Source of the DNA: Bacillales bacterium UBA4691
Lineage (GTDB): Bacteria > Bacillota_I > Bacilli_A > RFN20 > CAG-826
Length of the DNA stretch: 64,000 bases
NCBI GenBank assembly: GCA_002404865.1
Contig: DHKP01000009.1
Location: 64,806-128,805 of the forward strand
Direction: 5' to 3'
Shown: piece after piece, positions 47,991-56,577 of the stretch
How the letters are laid out: every line of letters begins with the position of its first letter
Numbering within the stretch: position 1 is the first letter of the stretch
The notes under the pieces: model-generated
Told to the model about the DNA's origin: nothing
What the model saw: the letters and a program-made list of their open reading frames with translations, nothing else
The model's database searches: none
Translations under genes and position numbers: made by a program

Positions 47991-49442
47991 TTATGCCCAA
48001 TAAGGAATATAAGCGGAGTCTTTTTTATCCGATCCATTTGTCTTTTTGATAATTCCTTCTGAAACTGCTTGGAAAAGAAGGCGACTGATTTGATATTTCG
48101 CTCTCTCGCCTAAGCCGAATCGCTCACGAATCGAAGAATTGGTTGCTAGGGTCGATGATAGATAAGCCAAAACAACATGATCATATATCGCCTTTTGTTT
48201 TTCACTTGTGAGCAATTGATCAAAACTTTTCGCAAAGAATAGTATCACCCTGACTCCACTTGGCGTCTGTTCAACCTTCATTGGGGGAAGGTGTTCTTTT
48301 TCTAATGAGGCGACGATTTTGTCGAATCCGCTTCCGGCCGTATCTCCAATGTTGATACGTCTCAAAAATGAAGCCATTTTTTCATTACGTGGTTTTGGTG
48401 AAGAATCAATTAGACGATCGAGAGGTACATCGAGACTCCCAGGGTTAGAAAATTCGACGCGATTGGGAAAAACTTCGACTAAGGGCCCACCTGTGGAAAG
48501 CAAGTCCTGGTGGATGAGCGCATTTCCTAGCGCCTCACGAATAGCAATAGGGGGGAGAGAGTATTGATTGTGCCTTATTCCTTGAATGAACGTGTCCGCT
48601 TTTTGAATGAGAGCCATGATTTGAGCGAACGCTTTCTCAAATGAGGAAACATATCCTTCGTTGAATTCGTATTTCCCCATGGTTTCAAGCCGGTCAATGG
48701 TGTTGTAGCGGACGATGCGGATTAATTTGTTTTCTAAACCCGCAAACGAAAAAAGATTTTCCCCGAATAGTAATGCCCCATATGCGGTAATGGAATAAAA
48801 TTCCTTTTCTCGCTCGAGGATGAATCCTTCTCTAGTGAAAGAAGAGAGCCACTCTTCTTCTCTATTGGGAAGCGGGACGTTCAAGGATGAATAATAAGAC
48901 TTCATCATCAGTTCTTCTTCTACTTGTTGCTTGCTTAATTCCGACAAAACAACCCTTTTCTCCGGGCTGGTATCTTCAAGTTTTTGCCATAACTCTTTTT
49001 CAAGAAGCGGATATTCCTTGATATTCTTTTTGTTTGTTCCAACTCGGCAATAGGCTTGCTTCTTAAATGTCGTCGCGAAATGCGTCGCTGCCGGAATTCT
49101 AAGAACGAGTACGTGATGTCCCTCAATTTCTAGCTCGTAATCCTCTAATGCAAACGAAGGTGTCAACAGGTTTTTCCAGTATGCCAATATTTCTTGGCCA
49201 CCTTTTTTCCAGTTTTTAAAAGATAACGTAGTTCCAACAAATTGATGCGTTTTATCACTCACTCCCCAAATTAAGTACCCAAACGGGACTCCATTAAGAA
49301 GAGCCATGTTCGATAAAGCGGAGATATATTCGCCCATTTCATCAGGGTCTCCATTATTTTCTTTAAATTCGATATAAGGGGATTCTCCTTCCGCTTTAAC
49401 GATGCCTTGAACGATGTATGTTATAGAGAAAATGTCTTGCAT
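47991..49442 (-). CDS. AlbA_2 (Schlafen-like divergent AAA) + HATPase_c_4 putative DNA-binding/ATP-binding regulator
   Basis: The ATG at 49442 (MQDIFS) has GGAGGC upstream. The N-terminus GESPYIEFKEN......EYISALSNM is AlbA_2-like. The central IREALGNALIHQDL is the HATPase_c_4/RecG-C-terminal-like signature. Confidence 0.7.
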   Translation of the reverse strand: MQDIFSITYIVQGIVKAEGESPYIEFKENNGDPDEMGEYISALSNMALLNGVPFGYLIWGVSDKTHQFVGTTLSFKNWKKGGQEILAYWKNLLTPSFALEDYELEIEGHHVLVLRIPAATHFATTFKKQAYCRVGTNKKNIKEYPLLEKELWQKLEDTSPEKRVVLSELSKQQVEEELMMKSYYSSLNVPLPNREEEWLSSFTREGFILEREKEFYSITAYGALLFGENLFSFAGLENKLIRIVRYNTIDRLETMGKYEFNEGYVSSFEKAFAQIMALIQKADTFIQGIRHNQYSLPPIAIREALGNALIHQDLLSTGGPLVEVFPNRVEFSNPGSLDVPLDRLIDSSPKPRNEKMASFLRRINIGDTAGSGFDKIVASLEKEHLPPMKVEQTPSGVRVILFFAKSFDQLLTSEKQKAIYDHVVLAYLSSTLATNSSIRERFGLGERAKYQISRLLFQAVSEGIIKKTNGSDKKDSAYIPYWA

Positions 49443-49477
49443 CTTGTTGCCTCCGATGATGACAATTTTAATCGAAA

Positions 49478-49514
49478 CGCAATAATAGCGCAATAGAGCG
49501 CAATTAAGCGCAAT
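49478..49514. promoter_or_regulatory. Helically phased array of four CGCAAT motifs upstream of the AlbA_2 gene
   Basis: CGCAAT starts at 49478, 49489, 49499 and 49509 (11, 10 and 10 nt apart). A further copy is at 49575-49580. GCGCAATTAAAAAA occurs twice. The array includes copy 2 of the 16-nt direct repeat (49490-49505). Confidence 0.55.
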
Positions 49515-49874
49515 TAAAAAACATTCGATAAATAGCCAATTTCCAATTTTTACCTGCTAGATTTTGCAAACGTGCGCAATTAAAAAATGAGTTTCTATGA
49601 TGAAAACATTTTCCCAAAAGAGATGCTTATGTCTAGAGTAAGTAGGCCGCTATTGCTAGTTCCATGCGAACTACGAAATGAAAAAACAAAGGTTTAGCAA
49701 AAAAGAAACTTGTCTTTTTAAAGCGTGAATTCATTGTTCTAGACGGAGAGATCCCACTAGTCGATAGGGGAGTTTCTTCCTCATTTTTAGATTGCAACCC
49801 TTAAGGGTTTTTCGTATTATATTCCGCGTATCTCTCTGTGCGGCAATGACCGTACGGCGAAAGGAGTAAAGAAT

Positions 49875-50102
49875 ATGAAGAAAGACATCCATCCAGAGTA
49901 TCATGAGTGCACCGTCACCTGCGTCAGCTGTGGCGCAACATTCAAGACCGGATCCACTTTGAAAGAAATCAAAGTTGATACCTGCTCTAATTGCCACCCA
50001 TTCTACACTGGTAAGCAACGTTTCGTCGCTGCTGATGGCCGCGTTGACAAGTTCAATAAAAAACTTCAAAAAGCGCAGCAAGCCAAAGCCGAAACCAAAT
50101 AA
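49875..50102 (+). CDS. rpmE: 50S ribosomal protein L31 (Zn-ribbon type A)
   Basis: 75-aa ORF starting MKKDIHPEY, with two CxxC pairs (CVSC, CSNC) and HPFYTGKQ. Confidence 0.93.
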   Translation: MKKDIHPEYHECTVTCVSCGATFKTGSTLKEIKVDTCSNCHPFYTGKQRFVAADGRVDKFNKKLQKAQQAKAETK

Positions 50103-50129
50103 CACGTTATCATTAATCATGATAAAATT

Positions 50130-50157
50130 AAGCCGCGTAAATCGCGGCTTTCTTTTT
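50130..50157 (+). terminator. Intrinsic terminator after rpmE
   Basis: AAGCCGCG (50130-50137) pairs with CGCGGCTT (50143-50150), followed by TTTCTTTTT. Confidence 0.8.
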
Positions 50158-50167
50158 GGAGCATCTT

Positions 50168-51775
50168 ATGAGCAAGAAATTTTACATCACGACCCCTATT
50201 TATTACCCAAGCGCTCGCCCTCATTTAGGACACGCTTATTGCACAACCATTTGCGATATCATCGCTAGGGGAAAAAGAATGCGTGGCTTTGACACGTATT
50301 TCCTTACTGGTCTAGATGAACACGGCGAAAAGATTCAAAAGAACGCCGAGGCAGCAGGAATCACGCCACAACAATTTGTGGATAATGTGGCGAAGACTTT
50401 CACAAATCTTTGGTCGCTTCTTCACATCTCAAATGACGACTTTATCAGAACGACTCAGCCACGCCACTATTTGACGGTCCAAAAGATTTTCCAAAAGATG
50501 CAAGAAGATAATGACGTTTATCTTTCTAGCTATAGTGGATGGTACTGCGTTCACGAAGAGACCTACTGGACGGAAACGCAAGTCGGGGAGAATCATATTT
50601 GCCCTGAATGCGGGCGTCCAGTTGAGAAAAAAGAAGAGCCAGCTTATTTCTTTAAATGTTCAAAATATGTTGATGACTTACTTTCTTTTTATGATTCCAA
50701 CCCGAAATTCATCACGCCCGAAGGCCGCAAAGCGGAAATGGTGAATAACTTCATTAAGCCTGGCTTAACGGACTTATGCGTGTCTCGCACGACCTTCACT
50801 TGGGGAATCCCGGTACTTGGGAGCGAGAATCATGTTGTTTATGTTTGGCTTGACGCTTTAACTAACTACATCACCGCGTTAGGCTATCTTCAAAGTGATG
50901 ATAGCAAGTTCCAAAAATTCTGGAACGATCCTGAAACAGAGATTGTTCACGTGATTGGTGCCGATATCACTCGTTTCCACACGATTTATTGGCCGATGTT
51001 CCTTAAAGCCCTTCATTTGCGTGAACCAAATCGAGTGTTTGTGCATGGTCTTCTTATGATGAAGGACGGCAAAATGAGCAAGAGCAAAGGGAATGTTGTC
51101 TATGTTGAACCTCTTGTCGAACGATATGGCGTTGATGCGGTGCGTTATTTCTTGGTGAGAAACGTCATCTTCGGAATGGATGGGAAATTCACTCCAGAAG
51201 ATTTCGTGGAGGCCATTAATGTTGATTTGGCCAATAACCTTGGGAATCTTCTCAATCGTACGGTTTCCATGATTGAGAAATATTACGATGGAGTCGTTCC
51301 AAATTATGAAGGAGATGTCACGGATTTAGATAAGGACCTTCATGAAGCGGCTTTAAAGACGATCGCCACGTATGAAATATTGTCCGACGACCTTAAAGTC
51401 ACTGAAGCCTATGCCTCGGTGATGGAGCTTGTGAGCAAAGCGAATAAATACATTCAAGATAGCGCTCCCTGGGCTTTAGCGAAAGATCCATCGAAAAAGA
51501 AAGAACTCGCTAGCTGCATGAATCATCTTGCCAATGTTATTTTCTTAGCGGGTATGCTTTTGTCCCCGATCCTTGTGACGAAATCCGCGAAAATCTTTGA
51601 TCAATTGGGAGTTCCTTCCGAGTTACGCAACTACGAATCCGCGAAGAAATTCGGCATTATCTCAGGCACGACAGTGGAGAAAGGGGAACAATTATTCCCT
51701 CGTCTAAACGAAGCGGAAGAAATCGAATACATTAAAGGCTTGATGGCCGCTCCAAAAGAAAAGGCCGCTGCCTAA
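50168..51775 (+). CDS. metG: Methionyl-tRNA synthetase (short form, no C-terminal EMAP-like domain)
   Basis: It has HLGHAY (HIGH), KMSKS and a zinc knuckle (CPECGRP). The ATG at 50168 with GGAG 6 nt upstream is preferred to the TTG at 50156. Confidence 0.93.
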   Translation: MSKKFYITTPIYYPSARPHLGHAYCTTICDIIARGKRMRGFDTYFLTGLDEHGEKIQKNAEAAGITPQQFVDNVAKTFTNLWSLLHISNDDFIRTTQPRHYLTVQKIFQKMQEDNDVYLSSYSGWYCVHEETYWTETQVGENHICPECGRPVEKKEEPAYFFKCSKYVDDLLSFYDSNPKFITPEGRKAEMVNNFIKPGLTDLCVSRTTFTWGIPVLGSENHVVYVWLDALTNYITALGYLQSDDSKFQKFWNDPETEIVHVIGADITRFHTIYWPMFLKALHLREPNRVFVHGLLMMKDGKMSKSKGNVVYVEPLVERYGVDAVRYFLVRNVIFGMDGKFTPEDFVEAINVDLANNLGNLLNRTVSMIEKYYDGVVPNYEGDVTDLDKDLHEAALKTIATYEILSDDLKVTEAYASVMELVSKANKYIQDSAPWALAKDPSKKKELASCMNHLANVIFLAGMLLSPILVTKSAKIFDQLGVPSELRNYESAKKFGIISGTTVEKGEQLFPRLNEAEEIEYIKGLMAAPKEKAAA

Positions 51776-53148
51776 TGAAAAAGAACTCATTCCAAAAGAA
51801 AATCCTTCATGGGGAATGCGTTGACCTTTCTTATGAAGCCAAAGGCGTTTTTAAAAGTGGGGGAGACGTTGTTTTCGTTAATGACATGTTCCCAGGAGAA
51901 ATAGGGGACATCGAAGTCGATTATCGACGAAACGGAGAGTTTTTTGGTCATGTTAAAAAGCTAACCAAGAAATCGCCGGATAGAGAAGATGTCCGCTGCC
52001 CTTATTTTTATCAGTGCGGCGGCTGCCAATTTCAAGATTACGCATACCCCTCTCAGCTTATTTTCAAACAAAACAAGGTAAAAGAGCAATTTCGGAAAAT
52101 TGCTCATATGGACGTAAGCCCATTATCAACCATCGGAATGGATAACCCGGTTGCGTATCGCAATAAAGTCCAACCTCTTTTAGGCCAAGATGATCGCGGC
52201 AATATTTATTCTGGTTTTTATAAAGCGGGCACTCATGTCATCGTTCCGATTGATAAATGTCTCATTGAGGATGAGCGCGCTACCAAGGTGCTTATGAGCG
52301 CTCGTAAACTCATGAAAAGCTTTCATATCCAACCATACGATGAAGATAGCGGATATGGCATTATGCGCCACATTCTTGTTAAGACATCTCATTATTACCC
52401 AGAGGTTATGGTTGTGCTAATAACAGCGGTGGATTCTTTCGTAGGCCGAAATAATTTCATTCATGCTTTAATTAAAGAATGCCCTAGTATCACCACAGTT
52501 GTCCAAAACATCAATTCCCGCCATACATCTGTTGTATTAGGTGAAAAGACAAGGATTTTGCACGGAAAAGGCTATATTCAAGACACATTATGCGGAATTC
52601 ATTTCAGAATATCTGCAAAATCCTTTTATCAAACCAACCCCATCATGACGGAAATCCTCTACAAAACCGCGATGGATTTCGCGAAATTGACAAAAAACGA
52701 CGTGGTATTTGATGCGTATTCCGGCATCGGTACGATCGGGTTAATCGCCGCAAAAGACGTAAAAAAAGTAATTTCTGTTGAGATTGTCCCCGAAGCCGTA
52801 AAAGACGCGAAAGAAAACGCCAAATATAATCACATCGATAATTTCTATGCCTACGCGGACGACGCTTCTTCTTTTATTTATAAGATGGTCCGCAATCATG
52901 ACCACATTGACGTCCTTTTCATGGATCCACCTAGGAAAGGAAGCGATGAGAAATTCCTTAAAGCGGTTCTTACCATCAAACCATCTCGCATTGTGTATAT
53001 TTCTTGCGATCCATCTTCTTTGGCTAGAGACGCTTTGTATTTGTCCAAAGAATACGAAATTCAAAAGATTCAACCTGTTGACATGTTCCCCCAAACATTC
53101 CATGTTGAGACTGTGGTGTTGCTTAGTCGAAAAAACGGCGAAAAATAG
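51775..53148 (+). CDS. rlmD: 23S rRNA (uracil-5-)-methyltransferase, RlmD/RumA family (TRAM + 4Fe-4S + SAM MTase)
   Basis: 457-aa ORF with the Cys cluster CPYFYQCGGCQFQ, DAYSGIGTIG, DPPRKG and the catalytic region YISCDPSSLARD. Confidence 0.88.
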   Translation: MKKNSFQKKILHGECVDLSYEAKGVFKSGGDVVFVNDMFPGEIGDIEVDYRRNGEFFGHVKKLTKKSPDREDVRCPYFYQCGGCQFQDYAYPSQLIFKQNKVKEQFRKIAHMDVSPLSTIGMDNPVAYRNKVQPLLGQDDRGNIYSGFYKAGTHVIVPIDKCLIEDERATKVLMSARKLMKSFHIQPYDEDSGYGIMRHILVKTSHYYPEVMVVLITAVDSFVGRNNFIHALIKECPSITTVVQNINSRHTSVVLGEKTRILHGKGYIQDTLCGIHFRISAKSFYQTNPIMTEILYKTAMDFAKLTKNDVVFDAYSGIGTIGLIAAKDVKKVISVEIVPEAVKDAKENAKYNHIDNFYAYADDASSFIYKMVRNHDHIDVLFMDPPRKGSDEKFLKAVLTIKPSRIVYISCDPSSLARDALYLSKEYEIQKIQPVDMFPQTFHVETVVLLSRKNGEK

Positions 53149-53170
53149 CCAAAAATCGCAAAAATTTGAT

Positions 53171-53212
53171 GGGTTTCATTCTTCTCGAAAATGAGTGAAA
53201 TCCATTTTTTTT
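53171..53212 (+). terminator. Intrinsic terminator after rlmD
   Basis: GGGTTTCATTC (53171-53181) pairs with GAGTGAAATCC (53193-53203) as 11 bp including 2 G-U pairs, followed by T8 (53205-53212). Confidence 0.7.
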
Positions 53213-53631
53213 GTCGAGAAAACCGCCCAAAACCCGGTAAAGCGGTAAAAATAAGGCCTTTACTCGCATGGGGAAATGGGTCGACGCTCAAAATGAACAC
53301 TCATCCTACGTCGTATCGACATGGGAATAGGTGGCCTATACCTGTACACGATGGAAGGAATAGGTCAAAAATCCCGTATTTATCGGCTTTTTAGGAAAAT
53401 CACGATTTCTCGATTTTTTGCGTTTTCGGAGTACGTTGCAACCACACACCCAACCTAGTGACCAGAATTTCGACCGAAAAACGGCTAAAAACGGGGGTAT
53501 AGTTTGATGAAAATGCCAAAAACCGAAAAAGTCATTGCCTTCTCTTTGAAAATAGACCAAGAAAAATTGGGATCAGGTAAAAATAAGAGGACATTTTTGA
53601 TGCGATTCTTATCCTTTTGTTTCATTGAAAG

Positions 53632-53661
53632 TTGACTCAAAAAGTGCTATATTTATATCAT
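53632..53661 (+). promoter_or_regulatory. Candidate sigma-70-type promoter of the island operon
   Basis: TTGACT (53632-53637) and TATCAT (53656-53661) are separated by an 18-nt spacer. AGGAGA at 53675-53680 and the ATG at 53688 follow. Confidence 0.45.
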
Positions 53662-53687
53662 AAGCGACGGAAATAGGAGAGCATTGT

Positions 53688-53879
53688 ATGACTTACTCTG
53701 AGGCAATCAAGAAATTGCGTAATAGATTGATACTTACACAAACTGAATTTGGCGAATTGCTCGGCGTTTCTTTTGCCACGGTCAATCGTTGGGAAGCAGG
53801 TAGGTTTAAACCAACGACAAAATTGAAAAGAAAGCTTGCACCTTATTTTGAAAAGTATGGAATAGAGGTTGATGAATAA
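53688..53879 (+). CDS. XRE-family HTH protein (controller-like first gene of the operon)
   Basis: 63-aa ORF with the HTH_3 pattern LRNRLILTQTEFGELLGVSFATVNRWEAGRFKP. Its stop overlaps the next start (TAATG). Confidence 0.8.
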   Translation: MTYSEAIKKLRNRLILTQTEFGELLGVSFATVNRWEAGRFKPTTKLKRKLAPYFEKYGIEVDE

Positions 53880-54871
53880 TGACCGAAAACGATATTAATA
53901 TTAAGAGCCTTTATTCATTTTGTCCTGAACTTATTGATATTCTTTTGCACGACAACACAACGAAAAAGAACATCATTTGGGCTACCGATCACTATAAGAA
54001 CAAAGGACTTGGCTATTCCGTTACCGACGAGATAAAGCCTTGCCATTTGACAGGGAAAGTAAGAGCTATTAGGCCAAGAATCGAAAAGAGCAAGGCCGAG
54101 CAAACAAAGAGAAGCAAAGACAATGCAGAGGTTTTCACCCCGTCTTGGATTGTTAACAAGCAAAATAATTTGGTTGATAACGCATGGTTTGGCAAAGAAG
54201 ACGTATTTAATATCGAAAATCCTGATAATTCTTGGATGCCAACCGAGAAAGTTATCTTCGATGGAGGAGACAAGTCCTGGATTGATTATGTCAATGACAT
54301 TCGTTTGGAAGTTTGCTGTGGCGAAGCGCCATACCTTGCATCGAGATATGACACAGTCTCGGGTGAGAAAATCGAAAATAAAAATAGAATAGGCCTCCTT
54401 GATAGAAAATTCAGGGTTATAAATGAGAACGCGACAACTGACGATGAGTGGCTTGATTATGCCATAAGGGCAATCAAGTCTATTTATGGCTATGAATTCC
54501 AGGGTGATAACCTTTTAATCGCACGCGAGAATATCTTATTGGATTTCGTTGACTACTATTTTGAAAGATTTAAGAAATTTCCTGATAAGGATTTGCTAAT
54601 CAGCGTTGCAACAATCATAAGCTGGAATCTTTGGCAAATGGACGGCCTTAAATACGTCGTCCCATTTTCTTGTCATAACGAAGTTGAAAAAGTAGTTCAG
54701 CTTAGTTTATTTGATGAGCCTGAAGAACCCAAGTTAGATATTTGCCCTGGCTGCAAAGCGAATGACCCCAAGAAGCATAATGGCAAGAGATGCTACATCA
54801 TGGATTGGGAAAAGAATAAGAAGATCAAATTTGTGTCATTGATGTGGAGGAATGGCGAATATGTTGGCTGA
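53879..54871 (+). CDS. Methyltransferase-like protein lacking the catalytic (D/N/S)PP(Y/F/W) motif
   Basis: 330-aa ORF with AEVFTPSWIV (motif X of gamma-class N6A MTases) and a degenerate motif-I-like LEVCCGEAPYL. No NPPY-type tetrapeptide occurs anywhere. The C-terminus is Cys-rich (SCHNE...CPGC...KRC). Confidence 0.55.
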   Translation: MTENDINIKSLYSFCPELIDILLHDNTTKKNIIWATDHYKNKGLGYSVTDEIKPCHLTGKVRAIRPRIEKSKAEQTKRSKDNAEVFTPSWIVNKQNNLVDNAWFGKEDVFNIENPDNSWMPTEKVIFDGGDKSWIDYVNDIRLEVCCGEAPYLASRYDTVSGEKIENKNRIGLLDRKFRVINENATTDDEWLDYAIRAIKSIYGYEFQGDNLLIARENILLDFVDYYFERFKKFPDKDLLISVATIISWNLWQMDGLKYVVPFSCHNEVEKVVQLSLFDEPEEPKLDICPGCKANDPKKHNGKRCYIMDWEKNKKIKFVSLMWRNGEYVG

Positions 54872-56576
54872 GAATGAAAAAAACGACGCTTTAGAAGCGG
54901 AAGGGAAATATAAAACCCAAGTTGAATCTGCAACCGACTACATTGAGAACTTCGATATTCTCGAAACAATCACCAATGTTGGAAACGATGAAGTGTTCAC
55001 TCCAAGAAAGACTTGCGACATGATTTTAGATTCTCTTCCGGAAGAGGTCTGGCACAATCCGGATTACAAATGGTTGAATCCGGCCACAAAAAACGGAATT
55101 TTCGAGAGAGAAATTGCAATAAGGTTGGATAATGGCCTGAAAGACATCATTCCAGATATCGAGCAAAGAAGAAAACATATTCTTCAAAACATGATCTATT
55201 CTATTGGCCAAACTAGATTTACTGCTAACGTTGCTAGAAGAACGGTTTATTACTGTTCCCAAGCCAATAGAAAATGTGACGGAATCAAAGCTAAAGATGG
55301 TCACTACGTCAATGGTTATGCGATTGGCAACGGAAGCTGGTTCGACAATGAAGAAGGCAACATCAAAACCCCAAATATCAACCATACGTTTGTAGATGAA
55401 AAAGGAAGACTGATGCCTAATTCTTGCTCCGATGAAGAAAAGAAAAAATATAGATGCAAATATTGTGGAATCAACGGCGGATCTGCTTATAACGACGCCC
55501 ATCAGCGTGAGACATATGCTTATGAATTCATCCATTTTAGCGGGGACGAATTATTAAAGCATTTGCAGGATAGATTCTTTGGAGGTAATAGGAAAATGAA
55601 ATTCGACATCATAATTGGCAATCCGCCTTATCAGCTGAGCACTAATCAAGGTGGCACTCAAGCGACACCGATTTATCAAAATTTTGTGAAGCAGGCGGTT
55701 GGCTTAAATCCGAAATATATAAGCATGATCATCCCTTCTAAATGGTTCGCTGGTGGAATGTCAACGCTAGATGAGTTAAGAGCGTATATGATGTCGTGCA
55801 ATAAAATTAAATCGATGACCGATTTCTCGAATGCAAAAGAATGTTTTCCTACTAATAGCGTTGGAGGCGGAGTTTGTTATTTTCTATGGGACCGTGATTA
55901 TGATGGGCCATGCACTTTCACCAACGTGATTAATGGAAAAGCTCAAACGGAAATTAGAGAATTAAACGAGTTCCCCGTTTTAGTTAGATTAAATAAGGCG
56001 GTTTCAATCCTTAAAAAGATAAAGACACTGAACGAAGAAAACATGGTTGATTCTGGAAGCCCATTAATGCCTTTTGGACTTTCATCTGATGCCCGAGGAG
56101 AAAAAAGTCAAAGTAAAGAGAATTCAATTAAATTATATGCAAGCAATGGAATTACATTTATTTCAGAACATCAAATCAAAAAAGGTCAAGATTTGCTTAA
56201 CAAATATAAAGTTTTGGTTGGGATTCTAGGAGCTGAGCACGCTTTGGAACCTGACAAGGATGGTAAGTTTAGAATAATTACATCCTCTTTGAAAGTTATA
56301 GGGCCTCAAGAAGCTTGCACACACTCGTATTTTACTATTGGAAAATTCGATAATTTAGGGGAAGCCCAAAATTTATGCAATTATCTAAAAACAAAATTTG
56401 CTCGTTTCTTAATTTTACTAGCTATGACATCAACACATCTTTCTAGGAACGTTTTGCTCTTTTTGCCTAAACAAAATTTTGATTCAGTTTGGACTGATCA
56501 AAAACTTTATAAAAAATATGGTTTTAGTGTGGATGAAATCAATCTTATTGAGGAAACAATGAAGGAGATGAAGTAA
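54852..56576 (+). CDS. Eco57I-type (gamma-class) N6-adenine DNA methyltransferase
   Basis: 574-aa ORF that overlaps the previous gene by 20 nt. It has DEVFTP (motif X), WLNPATKNGIF (divergent motif I) and IIIGNPPYQ (NPPY encoded at 55620-55631). A Cys cluster includes RCKYCG. The C-terminal WTDQKLYKKYGFSVDEINLIEE tail is as I recall for this MTase family. Confidence 0.8.
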   Translation: MANMLAENEKNDALEAEGKYKTQVESATDYIENFDILETITNVGNDEVFTPRKTCDMILDSLPEEVWHNPDYKWLNPATKNGIFEREIAIRLDNGLKDIIPDIEQRRKHILQNMIYSIGQTRFTANVARRTVYYCSQANRKCDGIKAKDGHYVNGYAIGNGSWFDNEEGNIKTPNINHTFVDEKGRLMPNSCSDEEKKKYRCKYCGINGGSAYNDAHQRETYAYEFIHFSGDELLKHLQDRFFGGNRKMKFDIIIGNPPYQLSTNQGGTQATPIYQNFVKQAVGLNPKYISMIIPSKWFAGGMSTLDELRAYMMSCNKIKSMTDFSNAKECFPTNSVGGGVCYFLWDRDYDGPCTFTNVINGKAQTEIRELNEFPVLVRLNKAVSILKKIKTLNEENMVDSGSPLMPFGLSSDARGEKSQSKENSIKLYASNGITFISEHQIKKGQDLLNKYKVLVGILGAEHALEPDKDGKFRIITSSLKVIGPQEACTHSYFTIGKFDNLGEAQNLCNYLKTKFARFLILLAMTSTHLSRNVLLFLPKQNFDSVWTDQKLYKKYGFSVDEINLIEETMKEMK

Positions 56577-56577
56577 C

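Noticed and set aside
47773-48000. A 75-aa minus-strand ORF and the 45272-45640 minus-strand ORFs
   Set aside because: They lie antisense to recognisable pseudogene fragments (pRiA4b-like and KilA-N). They have no RBS or family resemblance.
53129-53491. An imperfect direct repeat as a possible att scar: GAAAAAACGGCGAAAAA (53129-53145, inside the rlmD end) and GAAAAACGGCTAAAAA (53476-53491)
   Set aside because: The repeat is A-rich and low-complexity, and it carries an indel and a mismatch. Similar strings (CCAAAAATCGCAAAAA, CCGAAAAAG) recur nearby, so a chance match is likely.
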